A stretch of DNA of 54,443 nucleotides, taken from Candidatus Parcubacteria bacterium. Its GTDB lineage: Bacteria > Patescibacteriota > Minisyncoccia > Phycocordibacterales > UBA2100. Where the stretch lies: the NCBI GenBank assembly GCA_003599295.1, contig QZJK01000014.1, positions 1-54,443 of the forward strand, given 5' to 3'. Shown here one piece after another: positions 18,501 through 26,684 of the stretch; the first letter of the stretch is position 1, and each line of letters starts with the position of its first letter. The notes below the pieces were generated by a model. The model had not been told where the DNA came from. It saw only the letters and a program-made list of their open reading frames with translations, and did no database searches. Made by a program: the position numbers and the translations under genes.

Positions 18501-18981
18501 CGCCTCCACCTGCGCAGAGGCTGTTTGCCTTTGCACGCGAGGACGGACCCCAGTAGCCGGTGCCGGCCGAAAGGCCTACCGGTGCCAAGATGTCAGCTGC
18601 GAACTTATTCTGGAATTTAACGACCGCAGCTTTGGTGATTGAACCAAAGTAGCTCGTTTCGTTGCCAGGAGAACCAGCTCCTGTTGTGGCGAGTTGTGTG
18701 CCATCAACGCTGTTAAGGAATTTCTGAATCGCCATCACTTCGCCACCACTGTTACCCATTGAGTGATTGCGTGTGAATGTAGCGCATACAAGACCACCGG
18801 TCTGTTGCGAGCCACCACCCTGAAGAGCGGCGATTTGTGCGAGCAGTGCCTGGATCTGCGCCTGAAGACTTTCAAGTGTCTGCGCACGCGCCGGTGTGGC
18901 GAACGTGAACATAACTCCGAAAATCATCGAGACAGCCAAGAGTACTGCCGCAACATTTTTTGTTGCTAATGATTTACTCAT
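15556..18981 (-). CDS. Large S-layer-like surface protein (~1140 aa) with N-terminal peptidoglycan-binding domain
   Basis: Signal peptide, LQAQIQALLAQIAALQG coiled coil, GAGSPGNETSYFG PG-binding module, then long T/S/G/A-rich beta-sandwich repeats. Start moved to MSKSLATKN. Confidence 0.85.
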   Translation of the reverse strand: MSKSLATKNVAAVLLAVSMIFGVMFTFATPARAQTLESLQAQIQALLAQIAALQGGGSQQTGGLVCATFTRNHSMGNSGGEVMAIQKFLNSVDGTQLATTGAGSPGNETSYFGSITKAAVVKFQNKFAADILAPVGLSAGTGYWGPSSRAKANSLCAGGGVVTPGPGVPITGNGLKVMLAADSPVNVALVAGQAIGELGKFTFSNPTGSTINVTNLAFMRIGVSNDATLEAVYLYEGAARLTDSAGVSNSAFSFNDSAGLFSLAPGQSRSISVRSDIDTGTSGQQVGVQLNSVAASGALDTTVVLPITGGIQTVSAATLATADFGGTTLPSATAVAPQDDYVVWQNTVTIGTRAVDLQSFQLRNIGSIDNDDIKNLQLFVDGVQVGNTLAQLNSGEASLYWDLTGAPKRLETGGRVIKVVGDIVGGSNSTFQFSLRRAGDARFVDTDLNQPILATAAGSAFSARSATSATIDVGTVSVVKAANSLSSAVAPGISNVKWATFEMRAAGEDVKVESLNVNANTSADRGLDNGKVFFNGVQVGSTKDLTDATDIEFTFGSSMILKAGEVGIVDIYADAKSTTGAAFVSGETAAITLDDGSSNGLGQVSLTSLNIPSSDLAANTVTLTSAALTASKASGYGDQTMIAGTSNAKLGSFTLSASATEGVNVNTIVVTLSTDEAATITDMRLVDNATGTQIGTTKPTLGATNTYSVNFNIPASGSKTIDIVGNIKSGSNAGTWTAVITSGSGNTGGTGLTTGNAITVGTDLTLQTITVGTGTFTTAVGAGNPDSLNVVAGTSDVQAGSFTFTTQNSSFKVEELKVLIPADAATSVASVKLRYKNSLGATEEKTGSLTLSSGAQQTHATATFTGLDFFIPADDSGDVDVLVNIPTLSSGASSGKTISVLIDNGVTDGFRAVDSSGTATTTLDGADLDGSATAGSGDFVVRGSIPTLSSTPITDALVAGSDQVIGRFTVSANSGGSMGWRKAVFAINKTAAVTLDATTTVKLYRMPANVSVAGSFSTTTGSQANQSQMFTTTATSGDIIFIADSEQQLAAGASQLYELRTTVGGLAAGSNLSVRIANPNTTSATSTTFANMNAGGAGNATNTFVWTDRSATSHSATTADWTNDYLVKSLPLPIGNRNVAF

Positions 18982-19460
18982 ATTTTGTTTTGACCTTTTC
19001 CTTATCATCCTAAAGAGAATGACAAGGCGCACATGCGTCCTTTCGACGAGAGCGCTTGTGCATTTTTTGTGGCCTCCCTTTCCGTTAAGAATAAAGAGAC
19101 TACTAATAATCGGTGCACGTATGCACCTCATATCGCGTCTTCGTTCGGACGAAATGAAAATAAATTTTCATTTCGGATCCTCGCTGGCCGCGATAACTTT
19201 TGCTAGCCCCGCTTTTTCGCTTATTAAATATTTGCGAAAAGAACGGAGGTTAGCAGCAATGTGTAAGACTGAATTTCTGGTGAGCGGTATTACTAGCCTG
19301 GATGAAGCAGGATTTCAGTAGTGCGCACGCTCAACTAATGTGAGCTTTGCGTTTCTTTCCCTATGAAAGTTGTCAACGAACTACGCAGAGAGCGGCCGGT
19401 TGCCACCTGCTTTGCGGATGCGCCTCCGCCGAATTGGCGGATTGACTGGGCGACATCAGC
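18982..19460 (-). promoter_or_regulatory. Long structured 5' leader with boxA-like element
   Basis: TATAAT at 19469-19464; GTTCGTTGACAACT at 19381-19368; at least seven hairpins. Confidence 0.55.
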
Positions 19461-19512
19461 GCAATTATATATCAGCAGGTCCTAGGCACCCCATGCCCGT
19501 GTCTCTCCGTTT

Positions 19513-19521
19513 TGTGGATAA
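19513..19521 (-). promoter_or_regulatory. Perfect DnaA box
   Basis: TTATCCACA on the minus strand. Confidence 0.55.
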
Positions 19522-19719
19522 CTAATGCGCAAAAAGAGCCCATTTTGGGGCCTCCCTGCTTCATGAGCTATCGGTCCCACATTACCTCCCCTCCCAAAGG
19601 GAGTCAATAGAAGAGACGCGGGCGAATACTGAATCTTTCACCGTTTTCACGGTGCCTACATGTACCGTTCCCCGATCCGCGAAGGCCCTCCTCTTATTAT
19701 TGTATGTCCCGCTCTTTCG

Positions 19720-20499
19720 CTACTGAATAAGAGCATATCTGCTCCATCGCTTAAAACCGCTCTTTTTCACGCGGCCCTGCCCGATAAGCCGCGCTAATTC
19801 TCGCTGCACCATCTTCTCGCTATACTCGGGAAGATTTGAGGATATATCCTTAATGCCGAGTTCCCCCTGCGACTTCAATATTTCGATCACTGCCTGCGAA
19901 CGTGTATCAAAGCCGGCGATACTCGAAGACTTCCCCGATGTCCTTGATGTGTCCTTTATGAGAGCAGTGTCCTTTAGAACTTCCTGTGGCGAACGTCCTC
20001 CAGAGATTCTCGACGCATGTTCCACACTCCCATCCCTAATGTCCAAGAGTTCGTCCTTTGAAAATGAGACGCTTTCCGAGAGGCCGGTACGCTGCGATAA
20101 AACGAGAAAGTTGCCCAACTCATCGAGGGCTTCCGTCACCGCGTTCGTGTTTTGCAGTGAAAGATAGCCTGCGAGCGAAAGAATGCGCATGAGGGAAATG
20201 AGCTCGCGGATGAGGGCCTGGGCAGTGTGAAGAGGCAGGGACGCGGGAGCCCGCATTTCATCCCGAAGATCAAGGAGGTCTGAAAGGAGTTTGACGCTTA
20301 ACCTCCGTGCCTCCATCCGGGCAGGCTCATGTTCAGGCACGTGGCCTGTTAGGATGTGGATTGCGGCGACCAACCGTTCAGCCCTTCGGTAGGCCCTGTC
20401 ACCGGATATGTTCCGTCCAAAAGGATTCGTACGAATAGAGCTGGCATCAAGTGTCTTGGAGAGGTCATTTGTCCTTTGTACGTCCTTATTCTCGTCCAT
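19720..20499 (-). CDS. Hypothetical protein with N-terminal helical domain and C-terminal winged HTH (DeoR-like)
   Basis: C-terminal R...VIEILK....LGIKDI...LPEYSEKMVQREL..L...G.V.K.G.KRWSRY. Confidence 0.8.
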   Translation of the reverse strand: MDENKDVQRTNDLSKTLDASSIRTNPFGRNISGDRAYRRAERLVAAIHILTGHVPEHEPARMEARRLSVKLLSDLLDLRDEMRAPASLPLHTAQALIRELISLMRILSLAGYLSLQNTNAVTEALDELGNFLVLSQRTGLSESVSFSKDELLDIRDGSVEHASRISGGRSPQEVLKDTALIKDTSRTSGKSSSIAGFDTRSQAVIEILKSQGELGIKDISSNLPEYSEKMVQRELARLIGQGRVKKSGFKRWSRYALIQ

Positions 20500-20761
20500 A
20501 ACGTTGCAGTCATCTGTCTTAGAAGCGTCTCATATGCCGTCCGTCGATTATATAAAGGACGGGGAAAAGCGCAACGAACGCTCGTAGGCGTTTGATCGTG
20601 GTCTCAAGGATGTCCGTAATAGTGAAACAGGAGGTCTTGGGAGAAATGGAGGTATCGATGGCGCCGGGACGGCTCTTCGCGCCGGAAACAGGGTCACGGA
20701 AACCTCGCGAGAGAGAAAATTTCTATGAAGAATCCCCTCCTCCAAGGTATGATGTATGCCA

Positions 20762-23002
20762 ATGAGACACGGGAAACGAAACGATAAAAAGAAACGCCGG
20801 AGTGACGACAAGGATGCATTGCCACGGATAAGCACGGAGGCGATGCGCGGTGTCATCGCTGTTTTTTTCATCGCGCTCGCCGGTTTTCTCATTCTTGCGA
20901 ACTTCGGCAAGGGCGGCGCGATCGGCGCAGCTTTGTACGAGTGGCTCTCATGGCTCCTTGGTATCGGATATATGCTGCTTCCCCTCTCGCTCCTTTTGAC
21001 GAGCCTAGCCATCCTTCGTTCTTTCGAAAAGCATTTCGGCATCGTTCAATTCGGGAGTGTTGTTATCTTTCTTCTTTCAACACTCGGTATGGTTAACCTT
21101 GCATTCCCGGGAAAAGGCGGGCTTCTCGGTGCGAGCGTTTCGAACCCGATAGTTCTCGCCGTGGATACAACGGCGACGATCGTATTTTTATCCGCATTCA
21201 CTATCGCGGCACTCATTGTTGCGTTCGATATTCATCTTGGTTCCGTCTTCACCGGATTGCGCGAACGTTTTCGCCGTACGGAAATGGAGCCTCAACCCGG
21301 TGAAGCGATCGATGCGGCTGTCGTCGGATTGCCAGTCGAATCTTCAGAGCCCGCCCCATCTCTGCAAAACACTGAAGAAGAGCAAGGACAGGCAGAGAAA
21401 GAGAAAAGCGCGGCGGGCGGATTTGGCTCGCTTTTCAAGAGAAGCGAGGCAAACGCTGAAGGATTCCCGCCTATCGCGGCAACAGGGAACGCCTATACTC
21501 CCCCGCCCACTTCGCTCTTATCAAAAAATAGGGGGAAACCTGAAGTGGGCGACGTGAAAGCGAACATGAACATTATTCGTCGTACGCTCCAGAATTTCGG
21601 CATTCAAGTAGAGATGGATGAGGCGTCGATAGGGCCGACCGTCACGCGCTATGCGATGAAACCCGCGGAAGGCGTCCGGCTCTCGAAGATAGTCGCGCTT
21701 CAAAGCAACATGGAGCTCGCTCTGGCCGCTTCCCCTATTCGTATCGAGGCGCCGATACCCGGAAAATCGCTGGTCGGCATCGAGGTGCCGAACATCGCGC
21801 GAACGACGCTGGGTCTGGCCCCGCTTCTCTCGGATGAAGCATTCACGCGCTCCGACAAACCGCTTCTCATGGCTCTTGGGCGCTCGATCACTGGTGCGCC
21901 GCATTATGCGGACCTCGCGCGGATGCCGCACGTGCTCGTTGCGGGAACGACGGGTGCAGGAAAATCCGTCGCCATCCACGATTTCATCATTTCGCTTTTG
22001 TATCGCTGCGGCCCAGAACGGCTTCGGTTCATTATGATAGACCCGAAGCGGGTCGAGCTGACATCCTATAATTCCATTCCTCACCTTCTCACTCCCGTCA
22101 TTACAGATGCGAAAAAGGCAATCCTCGCGATAAAGTGGCTTGCGAAAGAAATGGAAAGACGCTACAACATCCTCGAAACGGAGCGGGTGCGCGACATCGC
22201 TTCGTACCACGCGAATGTCGTCGCTCCCGCGATAGAAAAGAAGCAAGAAAACGACGAGAAACAACTTCCGGAAGCGATGCCGTATATCGTCGTTGTCATC
22301 GATGAGCTCGCAGACATCATGTCGACCTACCCGCGCGAGCTTGAGGGGGGCATCGTGCGATTAGCGCAGATGAGTCGCGCCGTGGGCATTCACCTCATCC
22401 TTTCTACCCAACGCCCTTCCGTCAAGGTCATTACGGGGCTCATTAAAGCCAATATTCCCGCCCGCGTGGCCTTGCAGGTCGCTTCGCAGATAGACTCGCG
22501 CACCATCCTCGACACCGGCGGCGCAGAGAAACTGCTTGGCTCGGGAGATATGCTCTTCCTCTCAGGAGAGATGTCGAAGCCGCGGCGCATCCAGGCGCCG
22601 TTCATTTCCGAGAGCGAGGTCAAGAAGGTGGTCGCCTATGTCGCTAAATCGGGAGAGGGGCAGCTGCAGGACGAGATCGACTTCTCGGAACAAAGAATGA
22701 ATAACGGGACCGACGCTATTTTTGCTTCAATGGGCGAGGACGGGAGCGAAGACGATGAGCTCTACAGTGAAGCGAAGCGCACTGTCGTCGAGGCGGGAAA
22801 AGCGTCGACCTCGTATCTTCAGCGGAAACTTGGGGTAGGCTATGCGCGCGCGGCGCGTCTCATGGACCTCCTTGAAGAACGCGGTGTCATCGGCCCTTCC
22901 GACGGGGCGAAACCGCGTGAGATCATCGGAGCAGGGAATGCGGATGAATTAGCCCGCGAACCTGAAGAAGACGGAGAAAGTCCTGAAAAAGAACGTGTTT
23001 AG
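20762..23002 (+). CDS. ftsK: DNA translocase FtsK/SpoIIIE
   Basis: N-terminal TMs; PHVLVAGTTGAGKS Walker A; IDPKRVEL; DELAD; STSYLQRKLGVGYARAAR gamma domain. Start is 20756 or 20762; the latter is 8 nt after TATGAT. Confidence 0.97.
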   Translation: MRHGKRNDKKKRRSDDKDALPRISTEAMRGVIAVFFIALAGFLILANFGKGGAIGAALYEWLSWLLGIGYMLLPLSLLLTSLAILRSFEKHFGIVQFGSVVIFLLSTLGMVNLAFPGKGGLLGASVSNPIVLAVDTTATIVFLSAFTIAALIVAFDIHLGSVFTGLRERFRRTEMEPQPGEAIDAAVVGLPVESSEPAPSLQNTEEEQGQAEKEKSAAGGFGSLFKRSEANAEGFPPIAATGNAYTPPPTSLLSKNRGKPEVGDVKANMNIIRRTLQNFGIQVEMDEASIGPTVTRYAMKPAEGVRLSKIVALQSNMELALAASPIRIEAPIPGKSLVGIEVPNIARTTLGLAPLLSDEAFTRSDKPLLMALGRSITGAPHYADLARMPHVLVAGTTGAGKSVAIHDFIISLLYRCGPERLRFIMIDPKRVELTSYNSIPHLLTPVITDAKKAILAIKWLAKEMERRYNILETERVRDIASYHANVVAPAIEKKQENDEKQLPEAMPYIVVVIDELADIMSTYPRELEGGIVRLAQMSRAVGIHLILSTQRPSVKVITGLIKANIPARVALQVASQIDSRTILDTGGAEKLLGSGDMLFLSGEMSKPRRIQAPFISESEVKKVVAYVAKSGEGQLQDEIDFSEQRMNNGTDAIFASMGEDGSEDDELYSEAKRTVVEAGKASTSYLQRKLGVGYARAARLMDLLEERGVIGPSDGAKPREIIGAGNADELAREPEEDGESPEKERV

Positions 23003-23012
23003 AAATTGTTAT

Positions 23013-23160
23013 GAGCGGAGCGAATTATAAGTTCTTAACCCGACACACGCCACTCCAATATCATCAGTGTTTATTATGGAGTGTCCCAATGCTTATACGT
23101 ATGAAAGCGATAAAAGAATGGCGTGTGACGGGTGTAAGATTTTCTAGGCTCGCTATGCTC
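23013..23160. other. Multi-stem palindromic element or candidate ncRNA
   Basis: TCTTAACCCGACACACGCCA pairs with TGGCGTGTGACGGGTGTAAGA; outer GAGCGGAGCGA/TCGCTATGCTC; inner CACTCCA/TGGAGTG hairpin. Confidence 0.5.
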
Positions 23161-23176
23161 GCTAACAAAATCTAAC

Positions 23177-23560
23177 ATGCTCCCCTATCGCGACAGCCGC
23201 CTTGTTCACTTCATCCTGCTCGCTTTTTTCGTTGCGGTAGTCGCATATGCGTTCTTCGAGGGGCAAGCGCTTCTGCGAGGACCGACGATAAACGTCTCTC
23301 CACGGGTCATGGAAGTATCCGATTCATTCGTCGTCGTCAGCGGCACGGCGGAACGCATCACGCAGCTTTCTCTGAATGGCGCGCCGATAGCCATCACGGA
23401 AGACGGCGCGTTCGAGGAAGGGTACGTCCTGACCCCGGGGTACAACCTTCTCATTCTCGACGCGCGTGATAAGTACGGGAAGACCACGCAGCGCTCCATC
23501 GAGATCTTTTATAAAGAACCGACGTCTCCTTCCCCAGAAGGAGTGGCAGACGAGTTTTGA
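23177..23560 (+). CDS. Membrane-anchored protein with Ig-like domain
   Basis: N-terminal TM; GP.I.VSP, V.VSG.A, LNG, G.FEE..VL.PGYN, A.DKYG pattern. Confidence 0.75.
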   Translation: MLPYRDSRLVHFILLAFFVAVVAYAFFEGQALLRGPTINVSPRVMEVSDSFVVVSGTAERITQLSLNGAPIAITEDGAFEEGYVLTPGYNLLILDARDKYGKTTQRSIEIFYKEPTSPSPEGVADEF

Positions 23561-23583
23561 ATGGATATACTTGATTCTTACCT

Positions 23584-24648
23584 ATGGCACTCTCAAAAAA
23601 AGAAAAGGCTCCGCCGAAACAAACCGGCACCGGAACGGATAAAGATATCGAGCGAGCGCTTTCGGAAATAAAAACCAAATTCGGCGATGAGGCCATTATG
23701 AAATTGGGCGATCAGCCCAAGGTGGACGTAGACGCCATTCCCACGGGCTCTATCGGCGTCGACTGGGCTCTCGGCATCGGCGGCCTTCCTCGCGGGCGCA
23801 TCATCGAGATATTCGGACCGGAATCTTCGGGCAAGACCACGCTGTGCCTTCACGTGGTCGCCGAGGCGCAGAAAAAAAGCGGTGTCTGCGCATACATTGA
23901 TGCGGAACATGCGCTTGATCCGGAATACGCGAAAAAAATCGGCGTGAAGATAGAAGACCTGCTCGTCTCACAACCCGATACGGGAGAGCAGGCGCTCGAG
24001 ATAGTCGAATCTCTCGTGCGAAGTGGGAAAATAGACGTTATCGTCATCGACTCCGTCGCGGCGCTCACGCCGAAAGATGAAATAGAGGGCGACATGGGAG
24101 CACAACATGTCGGAAAACAAGCACGGCTCATGTCGCAGGCGCTTCGCAAATTGACCGCAATCGTCTCGAAAACGAAAACGGTCGTCATCTTCATCAACCA
24201 GATACGCATGCAGATAGGCGTTATGTTCGGGAATCCGGAAACGACGCCGGGAGGCAAGGCGCTTAAGTTCTATACGTCGGTGCGCATCGACATCCGCCGC
24301 ATCGCACAGATAAAGAAGGGGGACGAGGTGATGGGAGGACGCCATCGCGTGAAAATAGTGAAGAATAAGATTGCAGCGCCTTTCCGCCAGACCGAATTCG
24401 ACATGCTCTACGGCGAAGGTATTTCAAAAGAAGGCGAGGCGCTCGCGCTCGGAGAACGGTTCGGTGTTGTCGAGAAATCCTCCGGAGGCTCATATCAGTA
24501 TGGGGAGCACAAGCTCGGCCGCGGCTACGACGCCGCGCGAACTTTTTTGCACGAGAATAAACCAATCCTTAATCAGCTGTTGAAAGACGTACGCAAAGGA
24601 CTTGAGGGTGGAGGCGTGCCCAAAGCTCGCAGCGAATCGGAAGAATAA
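23584..24648 (+). CDS. recA: Recombinase A
   Basis: [50 protein letters not shown]. Confidence 0.99.
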   Translation: MALSKKEKAPPKQTGTGTDKDIERALSEIKTKFGDEAIMKLGDQPKVDVDAIPTGSIGVDWALGIGGLPRGRIIEIFGPESSGKTTLCLHVVAEAQKKSGVCAYIDAEHALDPEYAKKIGVKIEDLLVSQPDTGEQALEIVESLVRSGKIDVIVIDSVAALTPKDEIEGDMGAQHVGKQARLMSQALRKLTAIVSKTKTVVIFINQIRMQIGVMFGNPETTPGGKALKFYTSVRIDIRRIAQIKKGDEVMGGRHRVKIVKNKIAAPFRQTEFDMLYGEGISKEGEALALGERFGVVEKSSGGSYQYGEHKLGRGYDAARTFLHENKPILNQLLKDVRKGLEGGGVPKARSESEE

Positions 24649-24711
24649 TTTCTCAGAAGAACGTCCGGTTTATTGGACAAACCGGTATTTTTGCATAGAA
24701 TAGCGAGCGTT

Positions 24712-25272
24712 ATGTTGAACTACAACGAAGTGAAGCCGGGAGTCGCCGTGCTCGTCGAGGGTGAGCCGTATGTCTGCACATGGAATAACATCATGCAGAA
24801 GCAGCAGCGTCGGCCCGTCAATCAGACGAAGCTTCGCCACCTTATCCGCGGCAACGTCATCGAGTACTCGTTCCAGCAATCCGACAAACTGAAGGAAGCG
24901 GAGATAGAAAGCAAGCCCGCCGTCTTCATTTATGAACGCAAAGGAGAGTGGTGGTTCCATCCCGTCGGAAAACCGAGCGAACGATTCTCTGTAACCGAAG
25001 AACTGGTCGGAGAGTCCGGGAGATTCCTAAAGAGCAACACCGAGGTGTCGACTGAATGGTTCGATGGCAAATTATTCCGCGTCAAACTTCCTATTAAAGT
25101 GGAGTTGAAAGTTAAGGAGGCGCCACCGGATGTCCGCGGAAATACGGTGCAGGGCGGCTCCAAAGTCGTCGAACTCGAAACCGGAGTATCTATCAACGTG
25201 CCCATGTTCGTAAAACAGGGCGACGTCATCCGTATCAATACCGAAACCGGCGAGTACGTGGAGCGCGTGTAA
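24712..25272 (+). CDS. efp: Elongation factor P
   Basis: VLVEGEPY, TKLRHLI.G, LETG..I.VP.FVKQGD.I.INTETGEYVERV. Start MLNYNE follows TAGAAT. Confidence 0.95.
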   Translation: MLNYNEVKPGVAVLVEGEPYVCTWNNIMQKQQRRPVNQTKLRHLIRGNVIEYSFQQSDKLKEAEIESKPAVFIYERKGEWWFHPVGKPSERFSVTEELVGESGRFLKSNTEVSTEWFDGKLFRVKLPIKVELKVKEAPPDVRGNTVQGGSKVVELETGVSINVPMFVKQGDVIRINTETGEYVERV

Positions 25273-25290
25273 GTTTTCAGTGATACTGTG

Positions 25291-25410
25291 GAGACGTAAA
25301 AGGTCCGAGATGCGAGGCGCGGAGAATGTGCCGTGCGAGTCGTACAAAAAAGACGACGAGTGCGGCACAGAGGCTCCGCAACGAAGCAGATTGGGCCTTT
25401 TTACGTACTC
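25291..25410. repeat. ~120-nt rod-like palindromic element between convergent efp and rpsR
   Basis: Nested pairs ACGTAAAAGGTCCGA/TTGGGCCTTTTTACGT, GCGGAG/CTCCGC, TGTGCCGTGC/GTGCGGCACA, GTCGT/ACGAC. Confidence 0.7.
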
Positions 25411-25607
25411 TACTTCTGGATGTATGGGAGCAACCCCATAAAGCGCGCCCTCTTTACCGCCGCTTCAACCGAGCGCTGTTGGCGCGCGGTCAACCCGGTG
25501 CGCTTTCTCGAGACGATGCGCCCGTGCGGATTGACGAACTGTTTCAATAGGTCGATGTCCTTGTAATCGACGTACTGAATGTCATTTTGGGTCAAAATAT
25601 TCGCCAT
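25410..25607 (-). CDS. rpsR: 30S ribosomal protein bS18 (no Zn-binding Cys)
   Basis: [21 protein letters not shown]....QR....[13 protein letters not shown]. Confidence 0.97.
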   Translation of the reverse strand: MANILTQNDIQYVDYKDIDLLKQFVNPHGRIVSRKRTGLTARQQRSVEAAVKRARFMGLLPYIQK

Positions 25608-25629
25608 ATAATCGTGTTATTTCCAATAA

Positions 25630-26070
25630 TTAGAAAGGGATATCATCCGGGTTTATCTCATCCTTCGGATACTCTATGCCACCGCCTCCACCTGCCTCCG
25701 GTTCGTCGGCGGGAGCGCGTTTGCCGCCTCCGCCCGTTCCCCCGCCGGGGTTCGGCCCAAATTGTATCCGGTCCGCGATGACCTCCGTTCGGTACTGTTT
25801 CTGGCCGTCCTTTTCCCAGCTCCTCGTCTGCATGCGCCCCTCGACGAAGACTGAACGGCCTTTTTTGAGATATTGCGCGACGATATCAGCTTGTCTGCCG
25901 AATACGACGACATTGTGGAAATCCGCCTGTTCCTGCTTCTTGCCGTCTTTGTCGCGATACACGCGGTTCGTCGCAACGGAGAAATTACACACGTTGACAC
26001 CCGAGGGAAGCGCGCGCAATTCAGGATCTCGCGTCAGATTCCCGAAAAGGAGTGCTTTATTGATGTACAT
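25630..26070 (-). CDS. ssb: Single-stranded DNA-binding protein
   Basis: NKALLFGNLTRDPELR; C-terminal DDIPF. Confidence 0.98.
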   Translation of the reverse strand: MYINKALLFGNLTRDPELRALPSGVNVCNFSVATNRVYRDKDGKKQEQADFHNVVVFGRQADIVAQYLKKGRSVFVEGRMQTRSWEKDGQKQYRTEVIADRIQFGPNPGGGTGGGGKRAPADEPEAGGGGGIEYPKDEINPDDIPF

Positions 26071-26116
26071 ATAGCTCTTAGCTTACCGCCTGAAGGATAG
26101 AGGTCAATGCGAAATA

Positions 26117-26659
26117 TCACTCGGTCGTAATATCTTTGAGCGCTTTCTCGAGGTCTTCTTCCGAGACCGGCGCTTTTTCCTCGTCGGGAATAGCCCGGCG
26201 CGGAGACGATTTTATCGTATCAGTGCGGCGCACTTCTCGCAGTGTCGGAGCCTTCATCTTTGCACGCGTATCTTCACGCACCGTCTGGAACACGATGGAG
26301 CGGAGAATATCCGTGTTTTGCGCGAGGGAGTGTGCAAGGGCTTGTATTGTGGAAGGCTTCGCTTCGAATTTTATCCAGCCGAAATATGCGCGGTCGTACT
26401 CTGATTTCTTCGCGCCTTCGCCGCGGGCAGAGCGCGCGACCATTCCGTATGCGAGTCTTGTTGCGGATGGGGCGCCTTCTGCGATGAAATTCCCGCCTGC
26501 CTTCTCTATGCCGGAGCGTATGGCGCCGACGACTTTCTCAAGCTCTTCCTCTTTTACCGTAGGTAGAATGGTGTAGCCAATTTCATAGATGCGCAGAACA
26601 TCCGCCGATTCCTCGGCCGACGTTGCGCTTCCCTCCACCATCACTGCATCTTCACTCAT
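26117..26659 (-). CDS. rpsF: 30S ribosomal protein bS6 (extended termini)
   Basis: YEIGYTILP, RLAY, AYFGWIKFE, ILRS; canonical rpsF-ssb-rpsR order. Confidence 0.9.
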   Translation of the reverse strand: MSEDAVMVEGSATSAEESADVLRIYEIGYTILPTVKEEELEKVVGAIRSGIEKAGGNFIAEGAPSATRLAYGMVARSARGEGAKKSEYDRAYFGWIKFEAKPSTIQALAHSLAQNTDILRSIVFQTVREDTRAKMKAPTLREVRRTDTIKSSPRRAIPDEEKAPVSEEDLEKALKDITTE

Positions 26660-26684
26660 TGTAGCGGGCACTGTAGCACGGGCA

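Noticed and set aside
15614-18556. Long plus-strand ORFs opposite the S-layer-like gene
   Set aside because: Antisense shadows caused by codon bias of the real minus-strand gene.
18982-19131. 50-aa N-terminal extension of the S-layer-like ORF
   Set aside because: The signal peptide starts at 18981; the extension runs through the structured leader.
19470-19720. Replication origin
   Set aside because: Only one perfect DnaA box, no dnaA/dnaN nearby, and gene orientation stays mostly minus on both sides.
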